Positions 1-9,935 are shown, counted from the first letter of the stretch. The stretch is DNA of 64,000 bases from Candidatus Sumerlaeaceae bacterium (GCA_051003195.1 JBPCLP010000028.1:32001-96000), one strand, 5' to 3'. Program-made: numbers and translations. The notes: a model not told the origin generated them from the sequence alone.

Positions 1-1314
1 CTGACGACCAGCACGCATTGGGACGCGAAGTGGTTCAACGACAACTTCGGCTACATCACCCACAACATGGGGAAGTCAGATCCGTTCGGAATTACCAAGG
101 TGGTGCAGGATCCCAAACAGCATAAGGTCATGGCCCTCGCGCACATTGCCCGGCCAATTTTCGGACGCGTGAAGCAGATCAAGGAGGACGGCAACGAAGC
201 CCTGGTGCTAATGGACCGTGGACAGCTGGTGCGCCTGCATAAAGAGGGCCGAAACTGGAAGGTGCGGGACTGGCTCGGCATGCGACCTCTCGTCATGCGC
301 GACATTTATGAACAGAAGGAAAAAGACGGGACGCTATCGGCGGAAGACCGGGCCGCCCGACAGGCGGATTATAAGCAATACGAAGAGGATACTCGCGCGC
401 TCGCACTGCGGCTTGGCGTACCGTACAGTCCTTACAACCCGTCCTACGATGAGGATGAAGGCGGTCCGACTGGGCGTAAGCGCGGCTCAGGGTTCGCAGC
501 ACTGGATGCGGCAAAGCCAGGCGAGCTGGTGGACCTGAGCGCACAACCTGCCTCTACTGCGCAGACGACGCAGCCCGCGCCTAACAGGCAACTGACCACG
601 CAGCAGAAGCTGGCCCTGCTCAACAATCAGCTCGATGCCCAGGTAGCGAGCATGAGCGGACAGGCGACTCCGGTGGGCGCCGTCACGGCCGACGAGGCCG
701 CACAGGACCCAAACGCATTTTATAAAGCTGCGCAGGCACAGGCCATCGCGACACCGGCTCCGGGTGTTCCCGCTTTCATCCAGGGAATCAGTGCGGATAT
801 TCTTTGGCCCGGCTATTTTCAGGCGATTGCGAAAATCGAGCGGGGGGATACAACCGGGATTCGAGAATTTTTGAACTGCACTACCAATGAAGATGCCGCC
901 TGGTTTCAGCGCAACTACACTATTATCGCCGATCTTGTAACTCCTGGAGCGCAATACACGCCGGAGCAGGCGCAGCTGGTGGCCCTGCAGGCGATGGCTC
1001 GCAGTATGCCACACGTGAGCAACGTGAAACCGGCCGTCCGCACCAACCAGGCAAGCGGTGTAGCGAAATTTGTCGAGCCTGGGGGGGGACCTTTAAACAC
1101 CTACACCACGCTGCTGGCGCAGGAAAGTGGCCGCTGGGTTCTGGCGCATCCTTTCTTCGCCCGTACGTTTATCTGGGTGCCGCAGATCGCAGCCTACAAA
1201 CACACTAAAGGCATGCCGCTGGGCGAGGACGAGCGCTCAGTACTGACCACCGGTCTCGGCCCAATGCAACTCCAGGTGCAGAAGATTTATCAGCAGCTTG
1301 GATTTAGCGGATAG
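1..1314 (+). CDS. hypothetical protein, 5'-truncated by the window edge, with two internally homologous domains
   Basis: Frame is open from base 1 (LTTSTHWDAKWFNDNFGYI...) to the TAG ending at 1314; N- and C-terminal halves resemble each other and are joined by a Q/A/P/T-rich linker. Confidence 0.7.
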   Translation: MTTSTHWDAKWFNDNFGYITHNMGKSDPFGITKVVQDPKQHKVMALAHIARPIFGRVKQIKEDGNEALVLMDRGQLVRLHKEGRNWKVRDWLGMRPLVMRDIYEQKEKDGTLSAEDRAARQADYKQYEEDTRALALRLGVPYSPYNPSYDEDEGGPTGRKRGSGFAALDAAKPGELVDLSAQPASTAQTTQPAPNRQLTTQQKLALLNNQLDAQVASMSGQATPVGAVTADEAAQDPNAFYKAAQAQAIATPAPGVPAFIQGISADILWPGYFQAIAKIERGDTTGIREFLNCTTNEDAAWFQRNYTIIADLVTPGAQYTPEQAQLVALQAMARSMPHVSNVKPAVRTNQASGVAKFVEPGGGPLNTYTTLLAQESGRWVLAHPFFARTFIWVPQIAAYKHTKGMPLGEDERSVLTTGLGPMQLQVQKIYQQLGFSG

Positions 1315-1315
1315 A

Positions 1316-3250
1316 TTAAAGAGCGAAAGTGATCGGCCCTCGCAGTGGATCTGCCCGATCTAAAAATGTTCGCGCCCATGCTTCGAACATCAGCAGCGAC
1401 CATATCCGATGGCTGTGATTGTGCTGTCCTGAAACATGCTGGTTTACGAGCTTCTGCACGTAACCCGGATCAAGGTAACCGCGGCTTCTCGCTCGTGTAT
1501 CCAGCAGCAACTCTTCAGTCAGGCCGCGCAAATCCGATCGAAACCATTCCCCAACCGGAACACCAAACCCCATCTTCGGCCGGTAAAGAAACTCGCGCGG
1601 AAATATACGTAACAACGCCTGCTTAAGCAGGTGTTTCGGATCGCCGGCTTTAAATTTCAACTCCGCCGGCAAACGCGCAGCGTATTCCATCAGCTTGCCA
1701 TCCAGGAATGGCGAGCGGCCCTCCAGAGAGTTCGCCATCGTCATCCGGTCCACCTTCGGCAGCAGGGCGCCCGGAAGGTACATCTCAATGTCGGCGAACA
1801 TTTTTCGATCGATATCTGCTGCCCCGCGCATCTGCTGCATGATTGCGACGGTCAGCTGCTCAGAGTCGACACTTCCTGCTGTGTCCTTATATGCAGCACC
1901 CATCACCTGCCGCTTTTGGTAATCGCGGAAGATGACCATGAGCTGCACATACAGGTGATCCTCCCCGAGCAGGCTGACTCGATTCGCGTACGCCAGCAGG
2001 TCCGCCCGCGCACTGTTCGGAAAAATGCGCGCAAGCGCACCGCTCGGGCCAGACAACACCTGCCGCAGTGCTCGCGGAATCTTTCCATAGCGGTTAAAAG
2101 CCGGGAAGCCCATGTAACGTGAATACCCGGCGAAGCTCTCGTCCCCGCCATCCCCGTTTAACGCGACCGTCACGTGCTGGCGCGTCATTTTGCTCAGGTA
2201 ATAGGTCGGAATCGCGCTCGAGTCGGCGAACGGCTCATCGAAGTGCCACGCCAGCAGGCCAAGACACTCCAGCGCATTCGGCTCAACGATGAACTCCTGG
2301 TGCTCTGTCGAAAACTGCTGCGCCACCTGCCGCGCATAATCCAGTTCGTTAAATTCGCGCTCATTAAATCCGATCGAGAATGTGCGCAGCGGGCCGCTGA
2401 TGTGCCTGCGCATCATGGCCACAACTGCCGACGAATCCACGCCTCCGCTCAGAAAACAACCCAGCGGCACCTCGCTCATCAGGCGCACGCGCACGGCTTC
2501 GTCCAGCTCCGCCAGCGTGCCCTCCATCGCTTCATCCATCGAGATGTCGAGCTTCGGCCCGAATTCCAGCTTCCAGTAGCGCTCCACCGTCACGTGGCCG
2601 CCCTCGTACATCAGCCAGTGCGCCGGCGGCAGCTTCTGGATTCCCTGGTAAATCGACCACGGCTGCGGTACGTACTGGTACGTGAGATAATGCGAAAGCG
2701 CCGTCGTATCGACGCGGCGCTCCGCCGCCGGATCCGCAAGTATCGCCTTCAGCTCGCTCGCAAAAACAAGCGATTCGTCCGCCGCCCCTTCGCGAAATTG
2801 CGCCCAGTACAGCGGCTTCTTGCCGGTGCGGTCACGCGCCAGGAAGAGCGAACGCAACTTCTTGTTCCAGATAGCAAAAGCGAACATGCCACGCAGCCGC
2901 CGCGTGACATCCGGCCCCCACTGTTCATAGCCGTGCAGAATCGTTTCCGTGTCCGAGTGCGTCTGGAAAACATGCCCATGCGCCAGCAGCTCTTCGCGCA
3001 ACTGCGGATAGTTATAAATCTCACCGTTGAACACGATGACCAGCGAGCCATCCTCGTTGAACATCGGCTGCTGCCCGCATTTCAGGTCAATGATGGCCAG
3101 TCGCTGAAAGCCCAGCCCCGCCGGCGCATCCAGGTACGTTCCCTCTTCGTCGGGCCCGCGATGCACAATGCATCGCTTCATCAACGCAACCTGCTCAGGG
3201 TTCACGGGCCGCGCCGGATCACGGTTTACCTTACCTACAATTCCGCACAT
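1316..3250 (-). CDS. asnB: asparagine synthase (glutamine-hydrolysing) / amidotransferase
   Basis: N-terminal MCGIVG (Ntn Cys), HRGPD, FNGEIYNY, SDTE, LSGGVDSS, DRMTMANSLEGRSPFLD, RPKMGF. Confidence 0.95.
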   Translation of the reverse strand: MCGIVGKVNRDPARPVNPEQVALMKRCIVHRGPDEEGTYLDAPAGLGFQRLAIIDLKCGQQPMFNEDGSLVIVFNGEIYNYPQLREELLAHGHVFQTHSDTETILHGYEQWGPDVTRRLRGMFAFAIWNKKLRSLFLARDRTGKKPLYWAQFREGAADESLVFASELKAILADPAAERRVDTTALSHYLTYQYVPQPWSIYQGIQKLPPAHWLMYEGGHVTVERYWKLEFGPKLDISMDEAMEGTLAELDEAVRVRLMSEVPLGCFLSGGVDSSAVVAMMRRHISGPLRTFSIGFNEREFNELDYARQVAQQFSTEHQEFIVEPNALECLGLLAWHFDEPFADSSAIPTYYLSKMTRQHVTVALNGDGGDESFAGYSRYMGFPAFNRYGKIPRALRQVLSGPSGALARIFPNSARADLLAYANRVSLLGEDHLYVQLMVIFRDYQKRQVMGAAYKDTAGSVDSEQLTVAIMQQMRGAADIDRKMFADIEMYLPGALLPKVDRMTMANSLEGRSPFLDGKLMEYAARLPAELKFKAGDPKHLLKQALLRIFPREFLYRPKMGFGVPVGEWFRSDLRGLTEELLLDTRARSRGYLDPGYVQKLVNQHVSGQHNHSHRIWSLLMFEAWARTFLDRADPLRGPITFAL

Positions 3251-3446
3251 GGAGCTACTGCATTACTCGTTTCCAGCCGACTCAATCGTTTTAGCCGATA
3301 ATGACCGCCCACAGAATTCCAGGTGTCAGAAAACACGCTCTCCTTGCTGCATCGCCACCGACCGTAAGCCTCGACTCAAAAATAATTTCAGCAGTGCTTG
3401 CCACGTTGCCTGGTGTCGCGCGTTATAACAGGCAGAGGAAACTAAA

Positions 3447-5351
3447 ATGGGCCACTACCGCTTCGACCTTCCTGTACTGATTCTGTTCATAAGCTGGCTG
3501 GTGCTGCTGGCCTGTTTGGGCATACTGTTTCGGCCGTTTTTGCAAAAGCACAGCATGGGGTTTCGCAGCCGCCGGTTCGCACAAATAACCGAGCCCTTGA
3601 TTCTTTTGCTGGTGGTTCCCCTGCTTGTTTGCTGGCCAGTGGTCGCGCCGCCCGGATTCGGGCGACTCACGGACGACCCGCTATTTTCCATACTGGACCA
3701 GCAGCGCGGTTTGTGGTTGGTCACACTGACCGGTGTCACGCTGGCATGCGTGCTCGCAACGCGATTGATCCGCAGCCGCGCAGGCGTCATCATGGCATGC
3801 ATTGGTTGTACGCTTGCCGCGTTCGGCTGCCTCTGGTGGACAACGCTTGCCTCGAAGCTCCAGTTCCTGCACGCCCATGCCCCGGCCGGTCTTTTCACAT
3901 GGCAATGGTTTGTGCCATCCGGGTTCATGGCACTGCGCATCTTCGCCTGGGTGCTCATCGTGGTGCTGGCCAGTTTCTACGCTGTCAGGCACCGCTTCAC
4001 ATGGCTGCGCTTCATCGGCGGAGCTCTCGCCGCGGGCTTCGCCGCGTATTTTATACTCATGCCATTCTGGACATGGCGCGCATCCTGGGTTGCCGTAGTT
4101 CCGTTTACTTGCCTGGCTGTGCTGCTGGTGCTGCTGCCGCTCCAACGCGAAGCGCTCGAACGACTGACCTGCTTGCGCCTTCGACCTTCCGATACCCCCG
4201 TCGAGAACTCTCTTCCCCATACTCCCGAAGCCAGCTACACCGCACACGCCGCGCTGATCCTGCTTGGCGGAATTGTCGCCACGTCGGCGGCTGTGAACTA
4301 CTTCGAGCGCGAGCAGGTTCGCATGTTCGTGGATGGCCCACGGCATGTATGGCGCAGCCCAGCGCTGCGAAACGCGGCCGAGGACGTGAAGCTGATCGTT
4401 GAACCCGTGGTTGATATCGACCACGCACCGCCGATTGACAGGCTCCCTTATCCGTCCGCATACTCTGAGTACCTGAAGCTGTATGATGAGATCAGCAGCG
4501 AGACCCGCGGACAGATTTTCGCCAGCACTGGATGGGAAGCATTCCGCAGGTACAACGATGCGCTGGCTGACTATACGGACGCATTGGAGCAGGCCTCCCA
4601 CGCAGATTACATGGAGTTTACCAATTCCGCCACGATCTCGTACATGCGATTTCAGAACCTGTCCAAACATCTCGGAATTCGTTCGCAACTGAACATCCAC
4701 GAAGGGCGGACTCTGGACGGCGTCAGCGACATCAAGACACTCTACAGGCTCTGCGGCCTGCTAAACGATCAGCCATGGATTCTCAGCCAGAGCATTGGCT
4801 TTTACAGCCGCCGTGTCGCAAACGGCGCGGCCTATAACGCGCTCCTTCAGTTCCGCCAGGACGAACAGGGACTGCTCGCGCTGGCGAGCGCAATGGATGC
4901 GATTGCGCCGGATGCCCGCCTCGCCCTCAACTGGGAAGCTGCGCGTCGCGGTGAATCCGGAATGCATTTACCCATCGTGCCGAATGCCGATCTGCTGATC
5001 GGGCCATCCTGGCAGGATGTCAGCTACGCAGAAATAACGCACCGCAACGGGCTGCTCGGATGGATTAATTTCGATCTGGTTCGCATGGCGGTCGCGCTCG
5101 AGCTCTACAAAATTCAGAATGGCGCTTATCCCGACGACCCGCAGGAGATCACCCCGGCCTACCTTACCCGCCTGCCGCTGGATGCCATTGACGGAAAACC
5201 CTACCAGTACCGAATAACGGAGTCTGGCGAGTACGAACTCCGCGCGCCTTCCATCCCGGACAGTTGGCTAACCGTCACAGGATCCGTTCGCCCCTTTACA
5301 TTCCCCCTGTCGAAGGCAGGAATCAAAAACGCAGAGGCGAAGAAAGAGTGA
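3447..5351 (+). CDS. multi-pass membrane protein with a large soluble C-terminal domain ending in a GspG-like motif
   Basis: About 8 hydrophobic segments in the first ~290 aa; C-terminal ALELYKIQNGAYPD...LPLDAIDGKPYQY resembles pseudopilin-G C-terminal motifs; GAGG-like RBS upstream. Confidence 0.7.
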   Translation: MGHYRFDLPVLILFISWLVLLACLGILFRPFLQKHSMGFRSRRFAQITEPLILLLVVPLLVCWPVVAPPGFGRLTDDPLFSILDQQRGLWLVTLTGVTLACVLATRLIRSRAGVIMACIGCTLAAFGCLWWTTLASKLQFLHAHAPAGLFTWQWFVPSGFMALRIFAWVLIVVLASFYAVRHRFTWLRFIGGALAAGFAAYFILMPFWTWRASWVAVVPFTCLAVLLVLLPLQREALERLTCLRLRPSDTPVENSLPHTPEASYTAHAALILLGGIVATSAAVNYFEREQVRMFVDGPRHVWRSPALRNAAEDVKLIVEPVVDIDHAPPIDRLPYPSAYSEYLKLYDEISSETRGQIFASTGWEAFRRYNDALADYTDALEQASHADYMEFTNSATISYMRFQNLSKHLGIRSQLNIHEGRTLDGVSDIKTLYRLCGLLNDQPWILSQSIGFYSRRVANGAAYNALLQFRQDEQGLLALASAMDAIAPDARLALNWEAARRGESGMHLPIVPNADLLIGPSWQDVSYAEITHRNGLLGWINFDLVRMAVALELYKIQNGAYPDDPQEITPAYLTRLPLDAIDGKPYQYRITESGEYELRAPSIPDSWLTVTGSVRPFTFPLSKAGIKNAEAKKE

Positions 5352-5965
5352 TCGAAGCCATATCAAAACGGCCCTTGTGGAACCTGTTAGCAATGGCGGG
5401 CCGCATGGAAGTCGAGCATGACGACCAGGCGGAAGCGGACTCCGCGGCTGCAGTGTTCGACGACCCGAACCGCTTTCTCGAAATCTACCACGCCTACTAC
5501 AACCGCATCCTGAACTATCACTACCGCCGCGCCGGCAACCACGACATTGCACTCGACCTCACTTCGCGAACATTCCTCGCTGCATTCGAAGCGCTGCGCC
5601 AGCGCAAGGTTCGCAACCTGCAGCTGCGCCCCTGGTTGTACCGTCTCGCAACCAATGCCCACCTGGATCATTGCCGGCGCGAACAGCGGTGGACTGTACG
5701 TATCCCCATCGTTGGCCGGTATTTCGATTCGCGTCCTGCCCGGCTTCCGGATGCGGCGCTCATGAAGCAGAGCGAGAGCGATGCGATCCGCGCCGCCATG
5801 TTTCGGCTGGATGAACGTTACCGGTCGCCCCTGGTGCTGCGCTACTACGAGGAACTCAGCTATGCCGACATCGGAAAAGTGCTTGGTATGCGTGAGGTCA
5901 GTGCGCGTTCCCGCGTCAGCCGCGCACTCAAAATGCTCCAGTCATTATTGGAGGAAAGTTCATGA
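5348..5965 (+). CDS. ECF-type RNA polymerase sigma-70 factor
   Basis: Region 2 (DIALDLTSRTFLAAF...PWLYRLATNAHLDHCR) and region 4 (LVLRYYEELSYADIGKVLG...SRVSRA). Start uncertain: GTG at 5348 overlaps the upstream stop (GTGA); downstream ATGs are possible. Confidence 0.9.
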   Translation: MIEAISKRPLWNLLAMAGRMEVEHDDQAEADSAAAVFDDPNRFLEIYHAYYNRILNYHYRRAGNHDIALDLTSRTFLAAFEALRQRKVRNLQLRPWLYRLATNAHLDHCRREQRWTVRIPIVGRYFDSRPARLPDAALMKQSESDAIRAAMFRLDERYRSPLVLRYYEELSYADIGKVLGMREVSARSRVSRALKMLQSLLEESS

Positions 5966-6357
5966 ACGTCGAAAAACTCGAACACGCCGTTCGCCAGTCA
6001 CGGCCGCGGGAAATCTCCGATCCATCCCACCGCGCCGCACTTGGACGTGAACTGCAGCACCGCATTGCGGCTGAGCGCGAATGCGTGGCAGTTACTCCAT
6101 GGACCGCGCGGTCTTACCTGTCGGTTGCTTCCATTGCGGCGCTGCTTCTGTTTGCCGCATTTCAATATCAGCCCGCGGCAAGGCCGCTTCCCACAGGAGT
6201 CTTTGTCTTTGCGGGGCAACGAGCGCATGCCACCGCAGGTACCCCCGTCCGTATTGCTTCACTCCTACCCCGCATCCACCGGTTGGTCAGCCCTGCCATC
6301 AGTCTTTCAGATCTTCGCATGCATTTCGACGCAAACCCCCTGCCCGAAAGACGCTGA
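5962..6357 (+). CDS. putative anti-sigma factor (single TM helix)
   Basis: ATGA overlap with the ECF sigma stop; short cytoplasmic N-terminus (HRAALGREL) then a hydrophobic helix SVASIAALLLFAAF. Confidence 0.6.
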   Translation: MNVEKLEHAVRQSRPREISDPSHRAALGRELQHRIAAERECVAVTPWTARSYLSVASIAALLLFAAFQYQPAARPLPTGVFVFAGQRAHATAGTPVRIASLLPRIHRLVSPAISLSDLRMHFDANPLPERR

Positions 6358-6407
6358 GCTCGCCCACTTCGACTGCCGGTATCACGTTAAACGGCTGAGA
6401 TTCGACC

Positions 6408-7280
6408 CTACAACGACAGTCTTTCAAACCCGTCCGGGATGACGAGCTTACCGATCTCCGGTGTCTTCGGCGCGTTGGGTTGCATGTCCGTCACGCTGAC
6501 AGACGCTGCGGCGCCGTTGGGCAGCGTAGCGTCATAACGGCTTGGCAGCAACGCATTGCCTGCGTAGAACTGGTAGCCGTAGTAACGAACGCTGCCGAGG
6601 TTCGCATTGCCCTGGCTGCGATCCACCTGGTCGACGAGCAGGTCAATCTTTCGCAAATGGTAATTTTCGGTTGTTCCGCCCGGGTACGACACCGACACAA
6701 TATAGTGATCCGGCGTTTCCTGCAGGGGTGTCTGCGCGCCTTGCCGCATCGCTCGATACAGGTTCTGCTCGACGAAGAAACTGTTCATCAGGTCATCCGG
6801 CTGAAGTCCGCCCATCAGCGTCGTATTGGTGCGCAACTGCGCCAGCGTGCCGATATACACCTTCTTGTCCGGCACCATCATCAGCTGCACCCGCCCGCGA
6901 TCCAGCAGGAAATCGAAAATTGTTCCCGCTTCCGCCGAGCCGCGAACACGCAGAAAATTTGGCAATGCGGAGTAAACGTTCGCGTCAAATTGCTGGCGCG
7001 TGCTCGAGCGCGCCTCGCCCACGCTGATTGTCATCTGCCCGCGAATCGCCCGCGTGTCGGTACGCCGCTCGCCAAGCACCACGCGTATCTGGTCGGCGGT
7101 CATTCCCGGGCCACCCACTTGCTGCGTGATCGGTGACTGGAATGGCGGCGGCGCCTCGGCCTGAACCTTGCGACCGCGGCGCAGCACATTGCAGCCGGGC
7201 AGACTCACAATCTGTCCGATGGCCATCAGCATAACCAGACCCAGCCACCACCGGCGTGCTGCCGTTCGATTATGCACCAT
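6408..7280 (-). CDS. putative lipoprotein (LolA/LolB- or DUF4292-like beta-rich fold)
   Basis: Basic N-terminus, hydrophobic stretch and lipobox-like LPGC; beta-strand-rich body ending LVIPDGFERL. Confidence 0.6.
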   Translation of the reverse strand: MVHNRTAARRWWLGLVMLMAIGQIVSLPGCNVLRRGRKVQAEAPPPFQSPITQQVGGPGMTADQIRVVLGERRTDTRAIRGQMTISVGEARSSTRQQFDANVYSALPNFLRVRGSAEAGTIFDFLLDRGRVQLMMVPDKKVYIGTLAQLRTNTTLMGGLQPDDLMNSFFVEQNLYRAMRQGAQTPLQETPDHYIVSVSYPGGTTENYHLRKIDLLVDQVDRSQGNANLGSVRYYGYQFYAGNALLPSRYDATLPNGAAASVSVTDMQPNAPKTPEIGKLVIPDGFERLSL

Positions 7281-7836
7281 AGACCTCCGGCTTCAAAACG
7301 CCAATGCACGAAAGGTTTCGGTAGTACTCTTTGTAATCGAGTCCATAGCCAACGACGAACTCGTCGGGTATCTCGAAACCGGTGTACTTGAGAGGGATGT
7401 CTTTATCCCGCGTACGCAGCTTGTTCAACAGGCAGCAGATTTCGAGGCTCGCAGGATCCTGGATGCGCAGCAACTCGCAAATCACATTGAGCGTATGCCC
7501 GGTATCGAGGATGTCTTCCACAAGCAGCAGGTGTTTGCCGCGAAGATCCAGCTCGGCGTCCTTGGTGATCACGACTTTGCCCGAGGTGGTGGTTCCGCCC
7601 TTGTAGCTGCTGGCGCCCATCAGGTCGAAGGCGTGCGGGATCGTGACGGCCCGCATCAGGTCGGCCAGGAAAACAATGCCGCCCTTGAGGATGCTGATGA
7701 GCACCAGCGGCTTACCGCGGTAATCCTCAGAGATCTGCCGCCCCAGCTGCGCAACGCGCTGCTGAAGCTGCTCGTGGGTGTACAGGACGCTCTTCAGGTC
7801 CTGGTAAAGTTCCTTTTCCTCGTCCTGCACCAGCAT
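7270..7836 (-). CDS. hpt: hypoxanthine phosphoribosyltransferase
   Basis: ILKGGIVFLADLMR, PRPP motif LLVEDILDTGHTL, FVVGYGLDYKEYYRNL. Start is ATG 7836 or 7863. Confidence 0.95.
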   Translation of the reverse strand: MLVQDEEKELYQDLKSVLYTHEQLQQRVAQLGRQISEDYRGKPLVLISILKGGIVFLADLMRAVTIPHAFDLMGASSYKGGTTTSGKVVITKDAELDLRGKHLLLVEDILDTGHTLNVICELLRIQDPASLEICCLLNKLRTRDKDIPLKYTGFEIPDEFVVGYGLDYKEYYRNLSCIGVLKPEVYGA

Positions 7837-7954
7837 GGTGGATTCTACGGCTTCATTATGCATAAGTTCTCCAGAACACTTTTCGGTACATGGGCGCTCA
7901 ACACAAAACATGGCCGAGGGCGAAAATAATCCCTGCCGCGCTGTAAAGCAGTTC

Positions 7955-8485
7955 ATGAACCTTATCCGCTCCGCCGCCGTTCTCCTGGTTTTAGCCCCGG
8001 CGTCCGCCGTTTTCGCCCAGGGCATGCTTAATTACGTTGATCCCAGCGACAACAGCACCCGGCGTTCCCGGCGCGTAACTGAAAGCAGCACGGGCAATGC
8101 AAACGCATCCACGGCAGCAGGCTCAAGCGGCCGGATCGCACCGACACCCAAGGGAAGCCCAACTCCCGCGAGCGGCAAGGGAAGTATGACTTCGACTAAA
8201 CCGACCAGCAGCAAGTCTGGCGGAACCACAAGCACGCTGGCGAAGTCCGGTACGTCCACAAAACCGGGCGGAAATAAATCCGCAACCGCCAGCGGAGGAT
8301 TTGAACAGAAGGGGCAGCTCAAAGAAGTGACAAAGCAGATGGTTGAAAGCATCCGGACGCGCAAAGTGGATTTCGATGAAGAGGAAGCCGCTGCGGACCC
8401 AGCCATTATCTTACTCAATCCACGCAAGCTGACCCCCCAGGAACATCTTCACGTGAAGACCGACGATCTGGCCCGGCCGCTGTAA
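7955..8485 (+). CDS. secreted low-complexity (S/T/G/K-rich) hypothetical protein
   Basis: Signal peptide MNLIRSAAVLLVLAPASAVFA-Q from ATG 7955; long Ser/Thr/Gly/Lys-rich tract. Confidence 0.65.
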   Translation: MNLIRSAAVLLVLAPASAVFAQGMLNYVDPSDNSTRRSRRVTESSTGNANASTAAGSSGRIAPTPKGSPTPASGKGSMTSTKPTSSKSGGTTSTLAKSGTSTKPGGNKSATASGGFEQKGQLKEVTKQMVESIRTRKVDFDEEEAAADPAIILLNPRKLTPQEHLHVKTDDLARPL

Positions 8486-8592
8486 CGGAACTACGCCACA
8501 TGCCGACTCCTGTAATTTGCACGGTGCGACTTGAAGACAATATACTTACCTCCCTTTTGCACTGAGCACGTCGGCTGGCGCCAAACCGGGGC

Positions 8593-9573
8593 ATGAGATG
8601 CCACCTGCTTGCTGTCCCGATCCTGCTCTCCGCAGCCATTCCTTATGCGCAGGCGCCGGTCGCCCAACAGCAGCAAAATACCGCTGCACCACAGCATCAG
8701 CGAGCGCCGCAGCCACAGCAGCACGGCGGCGGGCCATGGAACAACGACCTCATGATCCGTTGGAGCGCGGACAAACAATCCTTCGGGCCGGAATCCGTAT
8801 TTGTCGAATCCGGCGGGGTGCCAAGCGTCACCGCTTCCGAGAACGGCATCCTCGTGGCCGCGTTCCAGTGGTTCCCGTTTACGCGCATGGAAGCGTTCGA
8901 TCGCGTCACCGTGCGTTTCTCGGAAACCGGCGGCATTTCATGGAGCGACCCCGTTCCCATCCAGGTTAACGGCCTGCCCGCGGGCTTTCAGCGTCCGTTC
9001 GATCCAACGATCGTCGCGTTGCCCGGCAAAGCGTTTCGCATGTACTTCTCCGGCGGGCCAAAAGGTCCGGGGTTGCCCGGCACGGGAGCAAACATCTGCA
9101 CCTATTCAGCGCGCTCGGACGACGGCATCCACTACGACTTCGAGCCGGGCGTGCGTTTCACGGTAAAGGACCACCGCGTCATTGACTGCGCCGTTGCCTG
9201 GGATGGCCGCCAGTGGCTCTACATTGCGCCCATCGGGCGCCCCGACGAGGGAGCATACGCGGCAACATCACCCGACGGCCTCACGTTTACGCGGCTCCAC
9301 GATGTGCCCTCCAGCAACGGCTATAACTGGACTGGAAATCTTTTACGAATCGGCGAGCGCCTGCGCTTCTTTGGCGGCTCACACCAGGGCATCTGGTGGG
9401 CCGAATGCACCGCGCCCGGAAACTGGTCAGCACCGCATACCATAGGCTTACGAGGCGGCGACCCAGCCGCCGGCATCGGCAAGGATGGAAAGCTTTTCAT
9501 CATCTACGTGAGCACCCCGAAACGCAATGCCCCGTCACCCCTGATGCGGACCGGAGCGCCAGCGCAGCGGTAG
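8593..9573 (+). CDS. secreted beta-propeller protein (sialidase/GH43-like, Asp-box repeats)
   Basis: Signal peptide; repeated S-x-D-G-x-x-[WF] boxes (SETGGISW, SDDGIHY, SPDGLTF) and DP motifs. Confidence 0.65.
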   Translation: MRCHLLAVPILLSAAIPYAQAPVAQQQQNTAAPQHQRAPQPQQHGGGPWNNDLMIRWSADKQSFGPESVFVESGGVPSVTASENGILVAAFQWFPFTRMEAFDRVTVRFSETGGISWSDPVPIQVNGLPAGFQRPFDPTIVALPGKAFRMYFSGGPKGPGLPGTGANICTYSARSDDGIHYDFEPGVRFTVKDHRVIDCAVAWDGRQWLYIAPIGRPDEGAYAATSPDGLTFTRLHDVPSSNGYNWTGNLLRIGERLRFFGGSHQGIWWAECTAPGNWSAPHTIGLRGGDPAAGIGKDGKLFIIYVSTPKRNAPSPLMRTGAPAQR

Positions 9574-9632
9574 CCTCGCTATTGTGCGGCCTTACATTCT
9601 TCGCGCCCTGAATGGGCGACGGAAACCGAAAA

Positions 9633-9840
9633 TACGGTACACCACACCCGTGTGCCGAATCAGAAGTTCCTTACCAGACCAAAGGCAAACTTGACCTCGA
9701 TTCGGCACACAGAACAGATTGCGAACTAACGGTAGACCACACCGTGTGCCGAATCAGAAGGTCCTATCCAGTTTGAGCCTGGAAGATGAGCTCAATTCGG
9801 CACATAGAACAGATTACGAACTAACGGTAGACAACACTAG
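9633..9840. repeat. tandem pair (94-bp period) of a palindromic intergenic repeat element
   Basis: GTGTGCCGAATC (9650-9661) / GATTCGGCACAC (9699-9710) and GTGTGCCGAAT (9744-9754) / ATTCGGCACAT (9795-9805), each followed by AGAACAGATT[G/A]CGAACTAACGGTAGAC; a partial tail ACGGTACACCACAC precedes the first unit. Confidence 0.9.
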
Positions 9841-9935
9841 CATCGGCTTCGCTGGCTGGCGCGCGCTGCTTAATGTGCCATAAATAATTACTATTGCCGG
9901 GCTGCGCAAATGTGCCCACGCTTTGTCCCAGACCG

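Noticed and set aside
2174..4700. Long alternative-frame ORFs (375 aa at 2174, 339 aa at 3681)
   Set aside because: They overlap better-supported genes on the opposite strand; expected in GC-rich DNA.
8446..8459. parS-like palindrome TCTTCACGTGAAGA (also TTCTTCACGTGGAATC near 29821)
   Set aside because: Four or more mismatches to the 16-bp parS consensus, and both lie inside coding sequence.
9633..9840. CRISPR array
   Set aside because: Only two units; the variable cores are homologous to each other and to the 31448 copy; no cas genes in the window.
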